From NCBI GenBank assembly GCA_040753835.1, contig JBFMDM010000001.1, forward strand, positions 1-63,633: a stretch of DNA of 63,633 bases. The letters run 5' to 3'. Position 1 is the first letter of the stretch. Each line of letters opens with the position of its first letter. This document shows positions 1 to 9,300 of this stretch, piece after piece. A program made the translations under genes and the position numbers. Under the pieces are notes generated by a model, which saw only the letters and a program-made list of their open reading frames with translations, ran no database searches and was not told where the DNA came from. Source of the DNA: Planctomycetota bacterium (GTDB lineage: Bacteria > Planctomycetota > MHYJ01 > JACQXL01).

Positions 1-377
1 TCGTATTCGGGACTTTGCTGACCGGACTGGGCTCGGCTGATGTGCTTTACTTAACAGACATCAGCGCGGATATCCCTTACACTTCCTTTGACCTGTCGGC
101 CTGGATTCCGGCGCAGGCAAAGGCAGTGATTCTGCAACTGGGAATTTTTAACCAGTCATTTGCCAATGGCCGGGCGTTCTTCAGGGTGCGGACTAACACG
201 GACCAGCGCGATGCCCTTGGGGTCGGCGTTGTCCCGGGCGCCAGTTCGCAGGTGGTAAATCAGGGGATTGTGCCGCTAACCAGCGCGAGAAGCATAGAGT
301 ATGCTCTCGAAAGTGTAGGAGGTCCCTGGTCGGCGACCTTGACGCTGTGGGTGACGGTGGTGGGATATATAGTATGA
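1..377 (+). CDS. 3' part of a B-family fibre-like protein gene (5' end off-window); conserved ~120-aa C-terminal domain
   Basis: Frame 3 is open from base 3. VFGTLLTGLGSADVLYLTDISADIPYT...GGPWSATLTLWVTVVGYIV aligns almost residue-for-residue with the C-termini of 27063-27929 and 59465-60439. Confidence 0.8.
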   Translation, partial: VFGTLLTGLGSADVLYLTDISADIPYTSFDLSAWIPAQAKAVILQLGIFNQSFANGRAFFRVRTNTDQRDALGVGVVPGASSQVVNQGIVPLTSARSIEYALESVGGPWSATLTLWVTVVGYIV

Positions 378-573
378 TTGTCCCGCTGGGACAATCAACT
401 ATAACTGGCAGTAACGTCGTAACTACCAGTAATCGTTTACCGTATAGCCCCGCTTTAGGCGGGATAAACTCCGAGCGTGGAACGTATAGTAGAAATACTA
501 TATGCTCTATGCTATTTGCATATCACCATCTTTTTACTTGACCCTGCGCATAATATTTGTGTAAAGTGCAAGG

Positions 574-1173
574 ATGAATAAGTCAGTTATTGCATTATCT
601 ATAATCCTCCTGGCGCTCTGGACACAGCCGGCGTCGGCCCGGGAAGACGATTTCTACCTCGGCGAGAGCCGGAACAGCGGCGGCTTTAACGTCTTTATCG
701 GGAAGAAATCGCTGGACAGTTCCTGGGACCCGGTCCAGGGCCAGATGGAAATCGGCCTGAAGTTTGATTATAAACGGAAGGACTGGCCGGTAAGCATTGC
801 CTTTGACGTCCTCGCTTCCAACGACAGCCAGGTGGATATAAGCACCAGCCCGGGAATAGAGTTCACCGGCAGCACCTTTGAGCGCAATATCGGGGCCAGG
901 TTTGACTCGCAGGTCACGGATTCCCTTAATATCTTTGCGGGCGGCGGGATTTCCTTTATCAGGGCGTCGTTCAAGAGCAGCGAGAGCGGGATAATGATAT
1001 CCGATGCGGAGAGCGCCGTGGGAAACTGGTTTGAGGCCGGGCTGCGCCTGACCACGGATAACCTCAGCGCGGGTATAGACATAATACAATCGTCCGGCAA
1101 CATGTCCCTATACGGGAAAAGTGTTAACGCCGGCGGCCTGCATTTCGGGCTGTTATTCGGGCTTAAATGGTGA
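574..1173 (+). CDS. Small secreted outer-membrane beta-barrel protein (OmpW/OmpA-like 8-strand type)
   Basis: Signal peptide MNKSVIALSIILLALWTQPASA, alternating amphipathic strands, and a C-terminal ...GLLFGLKW aromatic end typical of OMP barrels. Confidence 0.55.
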   Translation: MNKSVIALSIILLALWTQPASAREDDFYLGESRNSGGFNVFIGKKSLDSSWDPVQGQMEIGLKFDYKRKDWPVSIAFDVLASNDSQVDISTSPGIEFTGSTFERNIGARFDSQVTDSLNIFAGGGISFIRASFKSSESGIMISDAESAVGNWFEAGLRLTTDNLSAGIDIIQSSGNMSLYGKSVNAGGLHFGLLFGLKW

Positions 1174-1246
1174 TTAGGGTCGTTCCCGGTGCGATTTTAT
1201 TTCCATATTAATTGACCTTATCAGATAGATGTAATATTAGTTATCT

Positions 1247-1954
1247 ATGCCAATAGCAATACCAAAAGAGACCATCAAGCGGCTGTTCATTTATTACCGG
1301 GCCTTGCTGGAATCCCGCGAGACCGAGGTGGTCTCGTCCGAGGAGTTGTCGCAACTGACCGGATTCAGCGCGGCGCAAATCCGCAAAGACCTGACCTATT
1401 TCGGGCAGTTCGGAACGCCGGGCAAGGGTTATACCATCAAGGACCTGACCCATCAATTAAAGGCCATCTTGGGCATAGACCGCGACTGGGAGGTGGCCTT
1501 AATCGGCGTGGGCAACGTGGGCCGGGCGCTCGTGGCCTACGGGGGACTCAAGGCCCAGGGCTTTAAAATCACCCAACTCTTTGACGGCGACCAGAACAAG
1601 ACCGGGATGTTCTGCGCGGGCTTAAAGATAAAAGACATCAAAAACATCAAGGAGGATGTCCGGAGCAACAACATCAAGATAGCCATCCTAACCGTGCCGG
1701 CCCAGGCAGCCCAGGAGGTAACCAACCTGGTGGTTGAGGCCGGAATCAAGGCAATCCTCAATTTCGCGCCGACCAGAATAATTGTGCCTGAGGATGTCAA
1801 TGTCCTGAATATTGACATCACCAACGAATTGACGCGGTTGTCATATCATCTGGTCCAGCCCGCCAGCCGGTCGGGCGAGGCCGGCCCTTCAGCAGAGTCA
1901 CCCGCTTCTGATGAAACATCCCAGAACCCGGAGGGACATTTTGCAGGCGGGTAG
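1247..1954 (+). CDS. rex: Redox-sensing transcriptional repressor Rex
   Basis: N-terminal winged-helix IPKETIKRLFIYYRAL...SSEELS...GFSAAQIRKDLTYFG and Rossmann motif IGVGNVGRAL. It has an unusual Ser/Pro-rich C-terminal tail, and its stop codon abuts a MITE terminus at 1955. Confidence 0.9.
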   Translation: MPIAIPKETIKRLFIYYRALLESRETEVVSSEELSQLTGFSAAQIRKDLTYFGQFGTPGKGYTIKDLTHQLKAILGIDRDWEVALIGVGNVGRALVAYGGLKAQGFKITQLFDGDQNKTGMFCAGLKIKDIKNIKEDVRSNNIKIAILTVPAQAAQEVTNLVVEAGIKAILNFAPTRIIVPEDVNVLNIDITNELTRLSYHLVQPASRSGEAGPSAESPASDETSQNPEGHFAGG

Positions 1955-2245
1955 CCCCGCACATAACTTGCATATGTATTATGTTTATCTAATACAGAGC
2001 AGAAAAACCGGGAAGTTTTATATCGGGTTTACACCTGATTTAAGAGACCGGCTTAATAAACATAATACAGGAAAAGTCACGGCTACCAAGGTCTATATAC
2101 CGTATGAATTGATTTATTATGAGGCGTATAAATCAAAAAGAGATGCCTTGACGCGCGAGCATAATCTCAAATATTTTGGACAAGGATTCAGCAGATTAAA
2201 GGAAAGAATTAAATACTGTATCCATAATGCAAGTTATGTGCGGGG
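1955..2245. mobile_element. GIY-YIG gene unit bracketed by 19-bp perfect terminal inverted repeats of the CACATAA-MITE family
   Basis: ccccgcacataacttgcat (1955-1973) is the exact reverse complement of atgcaagttatgtgcgggg (2227-2245). Another left terminus starts at 2249. Confidence 0.6.
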
Positions 2246-2270
2246 TAACCCCGCACATAAAGATTGTTGA
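1974..2270 (+). CDS. Small GIY-YIG nuclease-family protein (URI domain only)
   Basis: MYYVYLIQSRKTGKFYIGFTPDLRDRLNKHN...YEAYKSKRDALTREHNLK carries the GIY/YIG, R, and E..N motifs. The internal ATG at 1974 is in frame with track ORF 1911-2270. Confidence 0.85.
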   Translation: MYYVYLIQSRKTGKFYIGFTPDLRDRLNKHNTGKVTATKVYIPYELIYYEAYKSKRDALTREHNLKYFGQGFSRLKERIKYCIHNASYVRGNPAHKDC

Positions 2271-2347
2271 CGCAAATCAGGGGACGCGATACGAATTTAG
2301 AGCGTCTAACATAATGCCGCCCCGAAGGGCGAGCCTCGCCACAGGCG

Positions 2348-2435
2348 GGAAACCACAGATTACTCCCGACATTCGTCGGGATAACTCGCAGTAACTTACT
2401 TCGTGCGAACTGCGAGTAAACAGATTTCGCAGATT
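2348..2435. repeat. Left arm of a perfect 88-bp inverted repeat
   Basis: Compared base by base, its reverse complement equals 3885-3972. The arm contains two internal hairpins (CCCGAC-attc-GTCGGG and ACTCGCAG...CTGCGAGT). Confidence 0.95.
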
Positions 2436-2491
2436 TTAATCCGTGTAATCTGCGCAATCTGTGGTTGCATTTTTCAGCGTCTATCTGCGGC

Positions 2492-3628
2492 TCATTTCCT
2501 GCCTCTTGGCTTCGCAGGTCTTGGCCTCGGAGCTGCCGGTTTTGTATTAGGCGCTGATGTCTTGGGCGTACGCCTGAAAAAATTGTCGTTCCAGTTGTGG
2601 CTCTTATCCCAGGCATCCTCCCTGCGGTCGCGGACATCCTCGCGTCTGTCGCGTCTGTCTTCTTTTCTGTCCCGGACGTCCTCGCGCTTATCACGGCGGT
2701 CTTCGGCCTTGTCACGCGCGCCGCCGTCGTGTTTGGCGTCCCTGGCGTCCTCTTTCTTATCGCGGATGTCTTCCTTCCGGTCACGGCGGTTTTCCCGCCT
2801 GTCACGGACATCTTCCCTTTTATCGCGCCTGTCCTCGGCCTTATCTGGATTAACCGGCGGATTCTTGGCGTCAACCTTATCCTCTGCCTTGTCACGCCTG
2901 TCTTCGCGTCTGTCGCGCACGTCCTCGGCATTATCTCTGCGGTCTTCACGCCTGTCCCTGACGTCCTCGGCCTTGTCGCGCGCCCCGCCGTCGTGCTGGG
3001 CATCCCGGACATCCTCGGCCTTGTCTTTTGCATCCTCAATGCGGTCGCGCACGTCCTCGGCTTTATCGCGTCGGTCCTCGCGCCTGTCCCGGACGTCCTC
3101 GGCCTTATCGCGGTTAATCCGGCGTCTGGCCCAAATATCGTCAGCCGCATCCGAGACGTCGGTCCACTCTCCGTTCTTCTTCTGTTCATCATCCCAGCGG
3201 TTGAGCAGTTCCTCGCGCTTAGCCGAAATATTCGCCTTTTCCGCATCGTCAAGTTGCCCGTCTCCGTTGGCGTCTCCGTGTTTGAGGATGAACTGTTTCT
3301 GGCGTGTTCTAAGATTGAATATCTTCTGGGTAATCTCCTCGTATTTCTCCGGGTCTTCGGCGCGCAGTTTAGCCAACCGTTCCTTCATGGTCTGTCTGAA
3401 TTTATCCGGGTCTTTATCGCGCAGGGCCAGCGCCTCGTCCTTTTCCTTCTGGAGTGCGTCATCGCCCCGACCACTGTTGCCATCGCCCACCTGGCCTGCC
3501 TGCCCCGCTGGGGCGGTAGGCAGGTCGGTCTTGTTGCTCTGGCTGTCATCCTGATTATCGGTTGCATACACGCCTGACCCAAATCCCATCAATCCCATCA
3601 GGACTATCATTAATACTGTCTTTCTCAT
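2492..3628 (-). CDS. Secreted, extremely charged D/R/E/K tandem-repeat protein with an EF-hand-like DxNxDG loop
   Basis: SD GAAAGGAG upstream and signal peptide MRKTVLMIVLMGLMGFGSGVYA. It has a DANGDGQLDD loop and many DKAEDVRDRREDRRD-type repeats. Confidence 0.7.
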   Translation of the reverse strand: MRKTVLMIVLMGLMGFGSGVYATDNQDDSQSNKTDLPTAPAGQAGQVGDGNSGRGDDALQKEKDEALALRDKDPDKFRQTMKERLAKLRAEDPEKYEEITQKIFNLRTRQKQFILKHGDANGDGQLDDAEKANISAKREELLNRWDDEQKKNGEWTDVSDAADDIWARRRINRDKAEDVRDRREDRRDKAEDVRDRIEDAKDKAEDVRDAQHDGGARDKAEDVRDRREDRRDNAEDVRDRREDRRDKAEDKVDAKNPPVNPDKAEDRRDKREDVRDRRENRRDRKEDIRDKKEDARDAKHDGGARDKAEDRRDKREDVRDRKEDRRDRREDVRDRREDAWDKSHNWNDNFFRRTPKTSAPNTKPAAPRPRPAKPRGRK

Positions 3629-3884
3629 AACAATTCTCCTTTCATCAAGTTCGTAATATCAAACACCCTTCCCCGTAAATAGTTTCGCTGTAATTAAAAG
3701 CGGATAGTCGGATGTTGATTTAACACCCCGCCCCTGTCTGATTGGAGCGGGGGACTATACTGGGCTGTATAATCACCGAGAAATCAACAGCCCAGTGTAA
3801 AAATCTGCTTTCAGCCAGTCACCAGAGGCGACCCGCCTTTGGCGGGAATCTGCTATATCCGCTAAATCCGCTTACTTAATTTTC

Positions 3885-3972
3885 AATCTGCGAAATCTGT
3901 TTACTCGCAGTTCGCACGAAGTAAGTTACTGCGAGTTATCCCGACGAATGTCGGGAGTAATCTGTGGTTTCC
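3885..3972. repeat. Right arm of the perfect 88-bp inverted repeat
   Basis: Exact reverse complement of 2348-2435. Confidence 0.95.
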
Positions 3973-4056
3973 CGTCCGTGGCGCCGCTTCTGGCGAGCCC
4001 CGCCCTTCGGGGCGTGAGTCCGCCCTTTGGGGTTCCTCCCACTGGAACCCGGTGGG

Positions 4057-5151
4057 TCACTTTGATTTTTCCACTTCGTGCTTGGTGAAGGAAACATTGA
4101 CCGGATTGGGCTCGTTGCGCCGCGCCAGCGTCTTGCCTTCGCTGTCCAGTTTGGTTATCTGGAGGTTTGAGACGGCCATTACCTTGTCAACCGGGTGCGC
4201 ATAGGTGAAGGCCACCCTGGTTCGCTCCTTGAAATCAAACGAGGATGGCGGAAGGGGTTTGCTTGAATCGTCTTCAGAGGGCGCATCCTTCTCCGGCCAC
4301 TTGACCTTGTAGGTGGTAACGTCCATCTGGCCGATATTCCACATCTTGTTGTATTTGACCGGCATAACAGTTCCGGCGACCTTTTCCTTTGCCCCGAGGA
4401 TTTCCAGCCGGGTTATCTGGAAATCAACGTTCAGCCAGAGGGTGATGGAGTCGGGCAAACTGTCGCGCCCGCCGACGTCCTTGTCTTCCTCTCTGGCGCC
4501 CCGCCCTTTCCGATTAGAGCGGGGACGTTTGGGTTTTTCCGAGTCCTTAAGGAACAATTCTATCTTCTGCAGTTTGCCTTCGGCAGAGGATTTAATCTCG
4601 TAGCGTTCGGTTTTCTGCAGGACGGTTATCTGCCTGATTATTTCCTGCACCATATTGGTGATTTTGGAAAACTCCTGGAGTTGCGCGGCCATTGCCTTGG
4701 CATAGAGTTCGGCCTCGGCCTTGGCCTCCCAGCCGAAATAGGGCGGGATGTCCCGGGGTTTCACGGTGATGGGCTTGTCCTCTTCCCAAATCATTTCGTA
4801 GTCCACCTTTTCCAGGATATAGCGGGAGCGGTACTGCTGGACCTTGAATATCTCGGGCGCCTGGACAAAGCAGGCAATCCGGGTAACCTTGGCCTTTTGC
4901 TGGGTGTAAAAAGAGTCGGCGCATTTCTGCAACTGCTCCAGGGCAATCTCGGCAGGAGTGGGCTGTCCTTCGCCACTCCGTAGCTTCGGAACAGCGGAGG
5001 GTGGCGGCGCTCCGCCCTCGTCCACTGGAGTGGGAGCGCCCTCGCCATAAACAACGGAGCGGGGCGGCTTTTCCCGGTCATCCTGGGCGCAGAGGCATTC
5101 GGCAACCAAAACGAGGCCGGTCAGAATTAAGACCGGTATGGTGCGATACAT
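4057..5151 (-). CDS. Secreted hypothetical protein
   Basis: A long ORF, with the likely start at the internal ATG (MYRTIPVLILTGLVLVAECLCA signal peptide). It contains an in-frame hairpin module at 4499-4524. Confidence 0.6.
   Translation of the reverse strand: MYRTIPVLILTGLVLVAECLCAQDDREKPPRSVVYGEGAPTPVDEGGAPPPSAVPKLRSGEGQPTPAEIALEQLQKCADSFYTQQKAKVTRIACFVQAPEIFKVQQYRSRYILEKVDYEMIWEEDKPITVKPRDIPPYFGWEAKAEAELYAKAMAAQLQEFSKITNMVQEIIRQITVLQKTERYEIKSSAEGKLQKIELFLKDSEKPKRPRSNRKGRGAREEDKDVGGRDSLPDSITLWLNVDFQITRLEILGAKEKVAGTVMPVKYNKMWNIGQMDVTTYKVKWPEKDAPSEDDSSKPLPPSSFDFKERTRVAFTYAHPVDKVMAVSNLQITKLDSEGKTLARRNEPNPVNVSFTKHEVEKSK
4499..4524. repeat. GC-rich hairpin module inside a CDS (CCCCGC...GATTAGAGCGGGG type)
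   Basis: 6-bp stem CCCCGC/GCGGGG. Similar units are intergenic at ~3720-3755 and ~45195-45230. Here it is read in frame as RPRSNRKGRGA. Confidence 0.6.
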
Positions 5152-5285
5152 AAATAGAACTCTATCAAATAATCTCATTAAGTCAAAGAAAATATAACCA
5201 CAGATTAACGCAGATTGTATAGACAAAACTACGGGGTAAATATATGGAATAGTTTTGTCGGGAATGATATAATAAAGGCATCCTT

Positions 5286-6311
5286 ATGAATTATTATCCC
5301 AAATTTCATACAACGAGTTATTATAAAATACCCATAATTATTCTTTTTCTGGCTGCAGCCGCCATAATCCTGCCGTCTGAGGACCAGAATCCGGAGAACA
5401 CGCCGGCAGAAGAATCATCCCAGCCTGCCCGACCGAATGACACCGGTCGTTCGGGCGGGTCGTCCCTGTTGGAGAAGAAACGCCCCGAAGATAAGATTTT
5501 CGTGGGCCAGTGGGCCAGATACCAGATCAGACGTTACAAAAAGGACGCAGCCGATGATACGATTAATGCGCTTTCAGAGGCGGATATTAAAATCAGTATT
5601 ATCGGCAAGGAAACCGTGATAGAGAACGAATACCTTTGGGCGGAATTTGTCATCAATGAGGGCAGGGCGGAACAGCGGATTGTGCGGCTGATGGCGGACA
5701 GGGAGGGCAAACCCGCGCCCGAGCGGCTGGTCCTGAAATACGGAAAACTGCCGGCCGTGGAGATACATCTCAGAATCTGGGAGGTCAAGACCAGAATCAC
5801 CCGCGAGATGCTCTTTGACGAAATGACCTCGGAACTCAACATCATCCCGTTTACCCGGATATTAACGCCCGAGGTCTTTGACGAGAGTTCGGTTACCTAC
5901 GAGACCCTGCCCATCAAGATAGGCCCGAAGGAGACCTCGCTCGGTTGCACCCGCGTGTTGTTAAAGCAGGAGGGGGCGCAACCCGCCCGACCGGACGGTC
6001 GTTCGGGCGGGGAGCCGGCGCTTTTGGCGCCGTCCGCCACAACCGGATATATCTGGTATTCGGACAAGGTGCCGCTGGCCGGGCTGGTGAAACTGCTAGT
6101 GACCGAAGACCGGTACCGGACGATGATACTTCTTACGGATTACGGCCGGGGCGGAGCCAGGTCGCTTATCAGGGAAACGCCGGCCAAACTGGATTTTAGG
6201 GAGAAAGCAGCAGCGCATCCCGTGAGGGAAGGAAATACAGCCGCAGATGACCCCTACGGGAATAACTCGCTGATAACGACCACGGGTCTAACAGCGAGTA
6301 AACACAGATGA
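5286..6311 (+). CDS. Hypothetical protein with N-terminal membrane anchor/signal
   Basis: A 341-aa ORF with hydrophobic N-terminus IPIIILFLAAAAIIL. It has two in-frame palindromes (5424-5459, 5982-6012), each encoding PARP(N/D)..GRSGG. Confidence 0.6.
   Translation: MNYYPKFHTTSYYKIPIIILFLAAAAIILPSEDQNPENTPAEESSQPARPNDTGRSGGSSLLEKKRPEDKIFVGQWARYQIRRYKKDAADDTINALSEADIKISIIGKETVIENEYLWAEFVINEGRAEQRIVRLMADREGKPAPERLVLKYGKLPAVEIHLRIWEVKTRITREMLFDEMTSELNIIPFTRILTPEVFDESSVTYETLPIKIGPKETSLGCTRVLLKQEGAQPARPDGRSGGEPALLAPSATTGYIWYSDKVPLAGLVKLLVTEDRYRTMILLTDYGRGGARSLIRETPAKLDFREKAAAHPVREGNTAADDPYGNNSLITTTGLTASKHR
5424..5459. repeat. In-frame GC-rich palindrome (CCTGCCCGA...TCGGGCGGG)
   Basis: 9-bp arms, translated as QPARPNDTGRSGGS. 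Confidence 0.7.
5982..6012. repeat. In-frame GC-rich palindrome (CCCGCCCGA...TCGGGCGGG)
   Basis: Same arms as 5424-5459, 13413-13442 and 20872-20907, translated as QPARPDGRSGGE. Confidence 0.7.
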
Positions 6312-6392
6312 ACCCCGTTAGAAAGGTCTGCAAATATAGTTATGACTATGACACATATTTGTCGTTCAGTTATAGGTCTTTCTAACGGGGTG
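6312..6392. mobile_element. 81-bp MITE-like element (TIR CCCCGTTAGAAAG) with an 11-bp target-site duplication
   Basis: The termini are accccgttagaaag... and ...ctttctaacggggtg. It is flanked by identical aacacagatga at 6301-6311 and 6393-6403. Confidence 0.75.
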
Positions 6393-6399
6393 AACACAG

Positions 6400-9300
6400 A
6401 TGAGATATAAATTCAGCATATTATTTATTCTTTTCTTCATCTGGCTCGCCCCGCTGTTTTTGTATCCCGAAGACAATCCTGAGGATGAGGATAAAATAAC
6501 CCCGGCGCCGGCTGAAGTGATATTTGACGAAGACCTGCCGGCTGATTTGGGAAAACTTATTGAGGTGGTCTATCGCTGGAAAGAGCCGCAGTCCAGCGTG
6601 GACGAGATTGTCTACAAGCGGCTGATTAAGGTCCAGGGCGCGCGGCTGGGCTGTTATTACTATGCAATGTACGCCCGGTGCAAGGATAATATCCTGGTTG
6701 GCAAAACAGCCGCGCCCGACCCGACAGGGTCCCTGCGGGATACGTGGACGCCTGAGCGGGTCCTGATGGGCGGAGAGGATATTTCCCTTGCCGTTTATAA
6801 AGGCGTGATAGAAACCCTCGCCTCGCCAGGCGCCCGCTCCGCCGAGGCGGAGACGAGGCGAGAAGCCGGCGGGGGCAAGAGCGCGGAGTATCGCATTATT
6901 TATTACCAGCAGACCCCGTATGGCCTGTTGCGTCTGGGCGAAATCAGACGCCACACGGATGAGTTTGTGCCCGATATGCGTTTTGTCAAGTGCATTGCCT
7001 CCGAAGTGGGCAAGGACACGCCGCCGACCTTGTGGCATATCGGCGCCCTGGTGTCCGGCTCGCTGGCGCTGTTTGATTATTTCAATCCCAAGGAGGAAGC
7101 GAAGAATCACGCGCCGGTTGCGGATTTCCGGACCATACCGGCCACCGGCACCATCAATACCGTTTTCTATTTTGACGCCGGCGTCTCAACCGACGCGGAC
7201 AGCCCAATAGGCGACCTGCTGGTGCGCTGGAATCTGAACGGCGACAGCGACTGGGATAATGTATTCACATTTGATAAGATAACCAGCACCTCATTCGGCG
7301 CGCCCGGGACATACAATATCGTGGCGCAGGTGCGCGACAAGGAGGGCGCATTTTCTACTATTACCAAGACGGTAACCGCCATTGCAGTCGGCCCAGGTCC
7401 CGGCTCCACGCCCCATCCGATGTTCCGCAACACCGTCACTCATACGGGAGTATCGCCTTACAACGGACCGGTGGTAACCACCACCAAATGGACCGTAACG
7501 ACCGGCGAAAGGATAGAGGCCGCTCCTTCTATCGCCTCTGACGGGACCGTCTATGTCGGCTCTTATGACGGCGCGCTGTATGCCATTCTGCCCGCAACCG
7601 GAGTCGTGTCCTGGACCAGCCCTTTGGCCGGTCCGGTTCATTCGTCTGCGGCCATAGCCACAGACGGCACGGTTTATGTGGCCGCAGATACGCGGTTGTA
7701 TGCGCTTAATCCGGCCAACGGTAATCCCTACTGGTCATACAGCACCGGCGGATTGGTGCGCTCCTCTCCGGTGATTGACTCGGACGGCACGGTTTATATC
7801 GGCTCGCTGGATAATAATCTCTATGCAGTCAATCCGGACGGCAGTTTCAAGTGGTCGTATGCCACAGGCGGGCAGATATGGTCCTCGCCCGCCATCGGGC
7901 CGGACGGCACGATTTACGTGGGCTCGCTGGATAACGGCATTTATGCGATAAACCAGAACAGCACGTTCAAATGGAAATATACGACCGGCGGCGGGATTTA
8001 TTCCTCGCCGGCCGTGGATAATTCTAACGTGGTTTATGCCGGGAGTTTGGACGGCTCGTTCTATGCGCTCAATCCGGACGGGACGCTGAAGTGGAGCATT
8101 CCGGCCGGCGGGCAGGTGTGGTCTTCAGCGGCTTTAAGCGGAACGGCGGTCTATTTCGGTTCGGATAGCGGCACCTTGTATTGCCGTAACGTTTCAAACG
8201 GCACGCCCCAATGGTCTTACCCGGCCGGCAACAGGATTCGCTCCTCGCCGACCGTGGATGCCTCGGGCCGGATTTATTTCGGAGCGGATGACGGTAAACT
8301 TTATGGCCTGGATTCGTCCGGAGCGGATTTATCTAATTGGCCGATTGACCTGTCCGGCGCCATCACACCCATCCGCTCGTCCGTGGCGATTGCCAATGCC
8401 GTGACGCCGACCCTGTATGTCGGCTCGTATGACAAGAAGATATACGCCATCGGTGCGGCCGCGCTTGACCCGGCTGACCTGGTTATCCAAAAGACAGCCA
8501 ATAAACAGCAGGTAACAATCGGCGAGGTGGTGACATATAAAATTGTAATCACCAACCAGGGTCCGGACCCGACCAATGGAACGCCGACAGCAATTATTGA
8601 CGCCATTCCGGCCGGGTTCAAGTATCTCAAGGGCTCAACCCGCCTGTCCGGCGCAGTTCAGCCGGACCCAAGCGGAAGCGATATCCTTACTTTTGACGTC
8701 GGGCATTTTACGCCCGGCTCTTCCAAGGCGTTGACCTACCAACTGGTAGTGGGAAGCGGGGTGCGCGAAGGCCGCTATGTCAACCGCGTGTATGCCGTTT
8801 ATTATTACGACCAGCCGCCGCTCACCGAGGGCAGGAGCGGTATCGCCAGGAGCGAGGTTTGGGTCGTGCCTGACCCGCTCTTTGACCTAGGCACGATTAT
8901 CGGCAAGGTATTCTGGGATAAGAACGCCAATGGAGTGCAGGATAAAGGCGAAGGCGGATACGGCGTAGCGCAGATAATAATGGAAGACGGGACGATAATT
9001 ACCGCGGACAGGAACGGCGGTTATCATATCCCGGGCGTGAAGCCGGGCACGCACCTGTTGCATCTCATGGATATTTCCGCGCACTGGATAACCACGGATA
9101 ACCCCTGCCTGGTGCGGGTTACGCCGGGCCTTCTGGTTAAGACGAATTTCGGGATTCATCCGGTGGATAAACCGCTGGATTCGTTTGTGCCGCCCCTTAA
9201 AGATATGACTTTTGTCTTATTGGGCGAGGGTGAAGTGAGCAGTATTTACGCCAACGGCAGCAATGCGGACAAGCAGGATAAGAGCGTCAGGGACGGCAAT

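Noticed and set aside
2209-3577. Three long ORFs (347, 383 and 326 aa) overlapping gene 2492-3628 on both strands.
   Set aside because: They are by-products of the low-complexity GA/GC-rich repeat DNA encoding the D/R/E/K protein. They give Ser/Arg/Leu- or Arg/Thr-rich nonsense with no SD or signal features. Only the minus-strand 2492-3628 frame has an SD, a signal peptide and coherent repeats.
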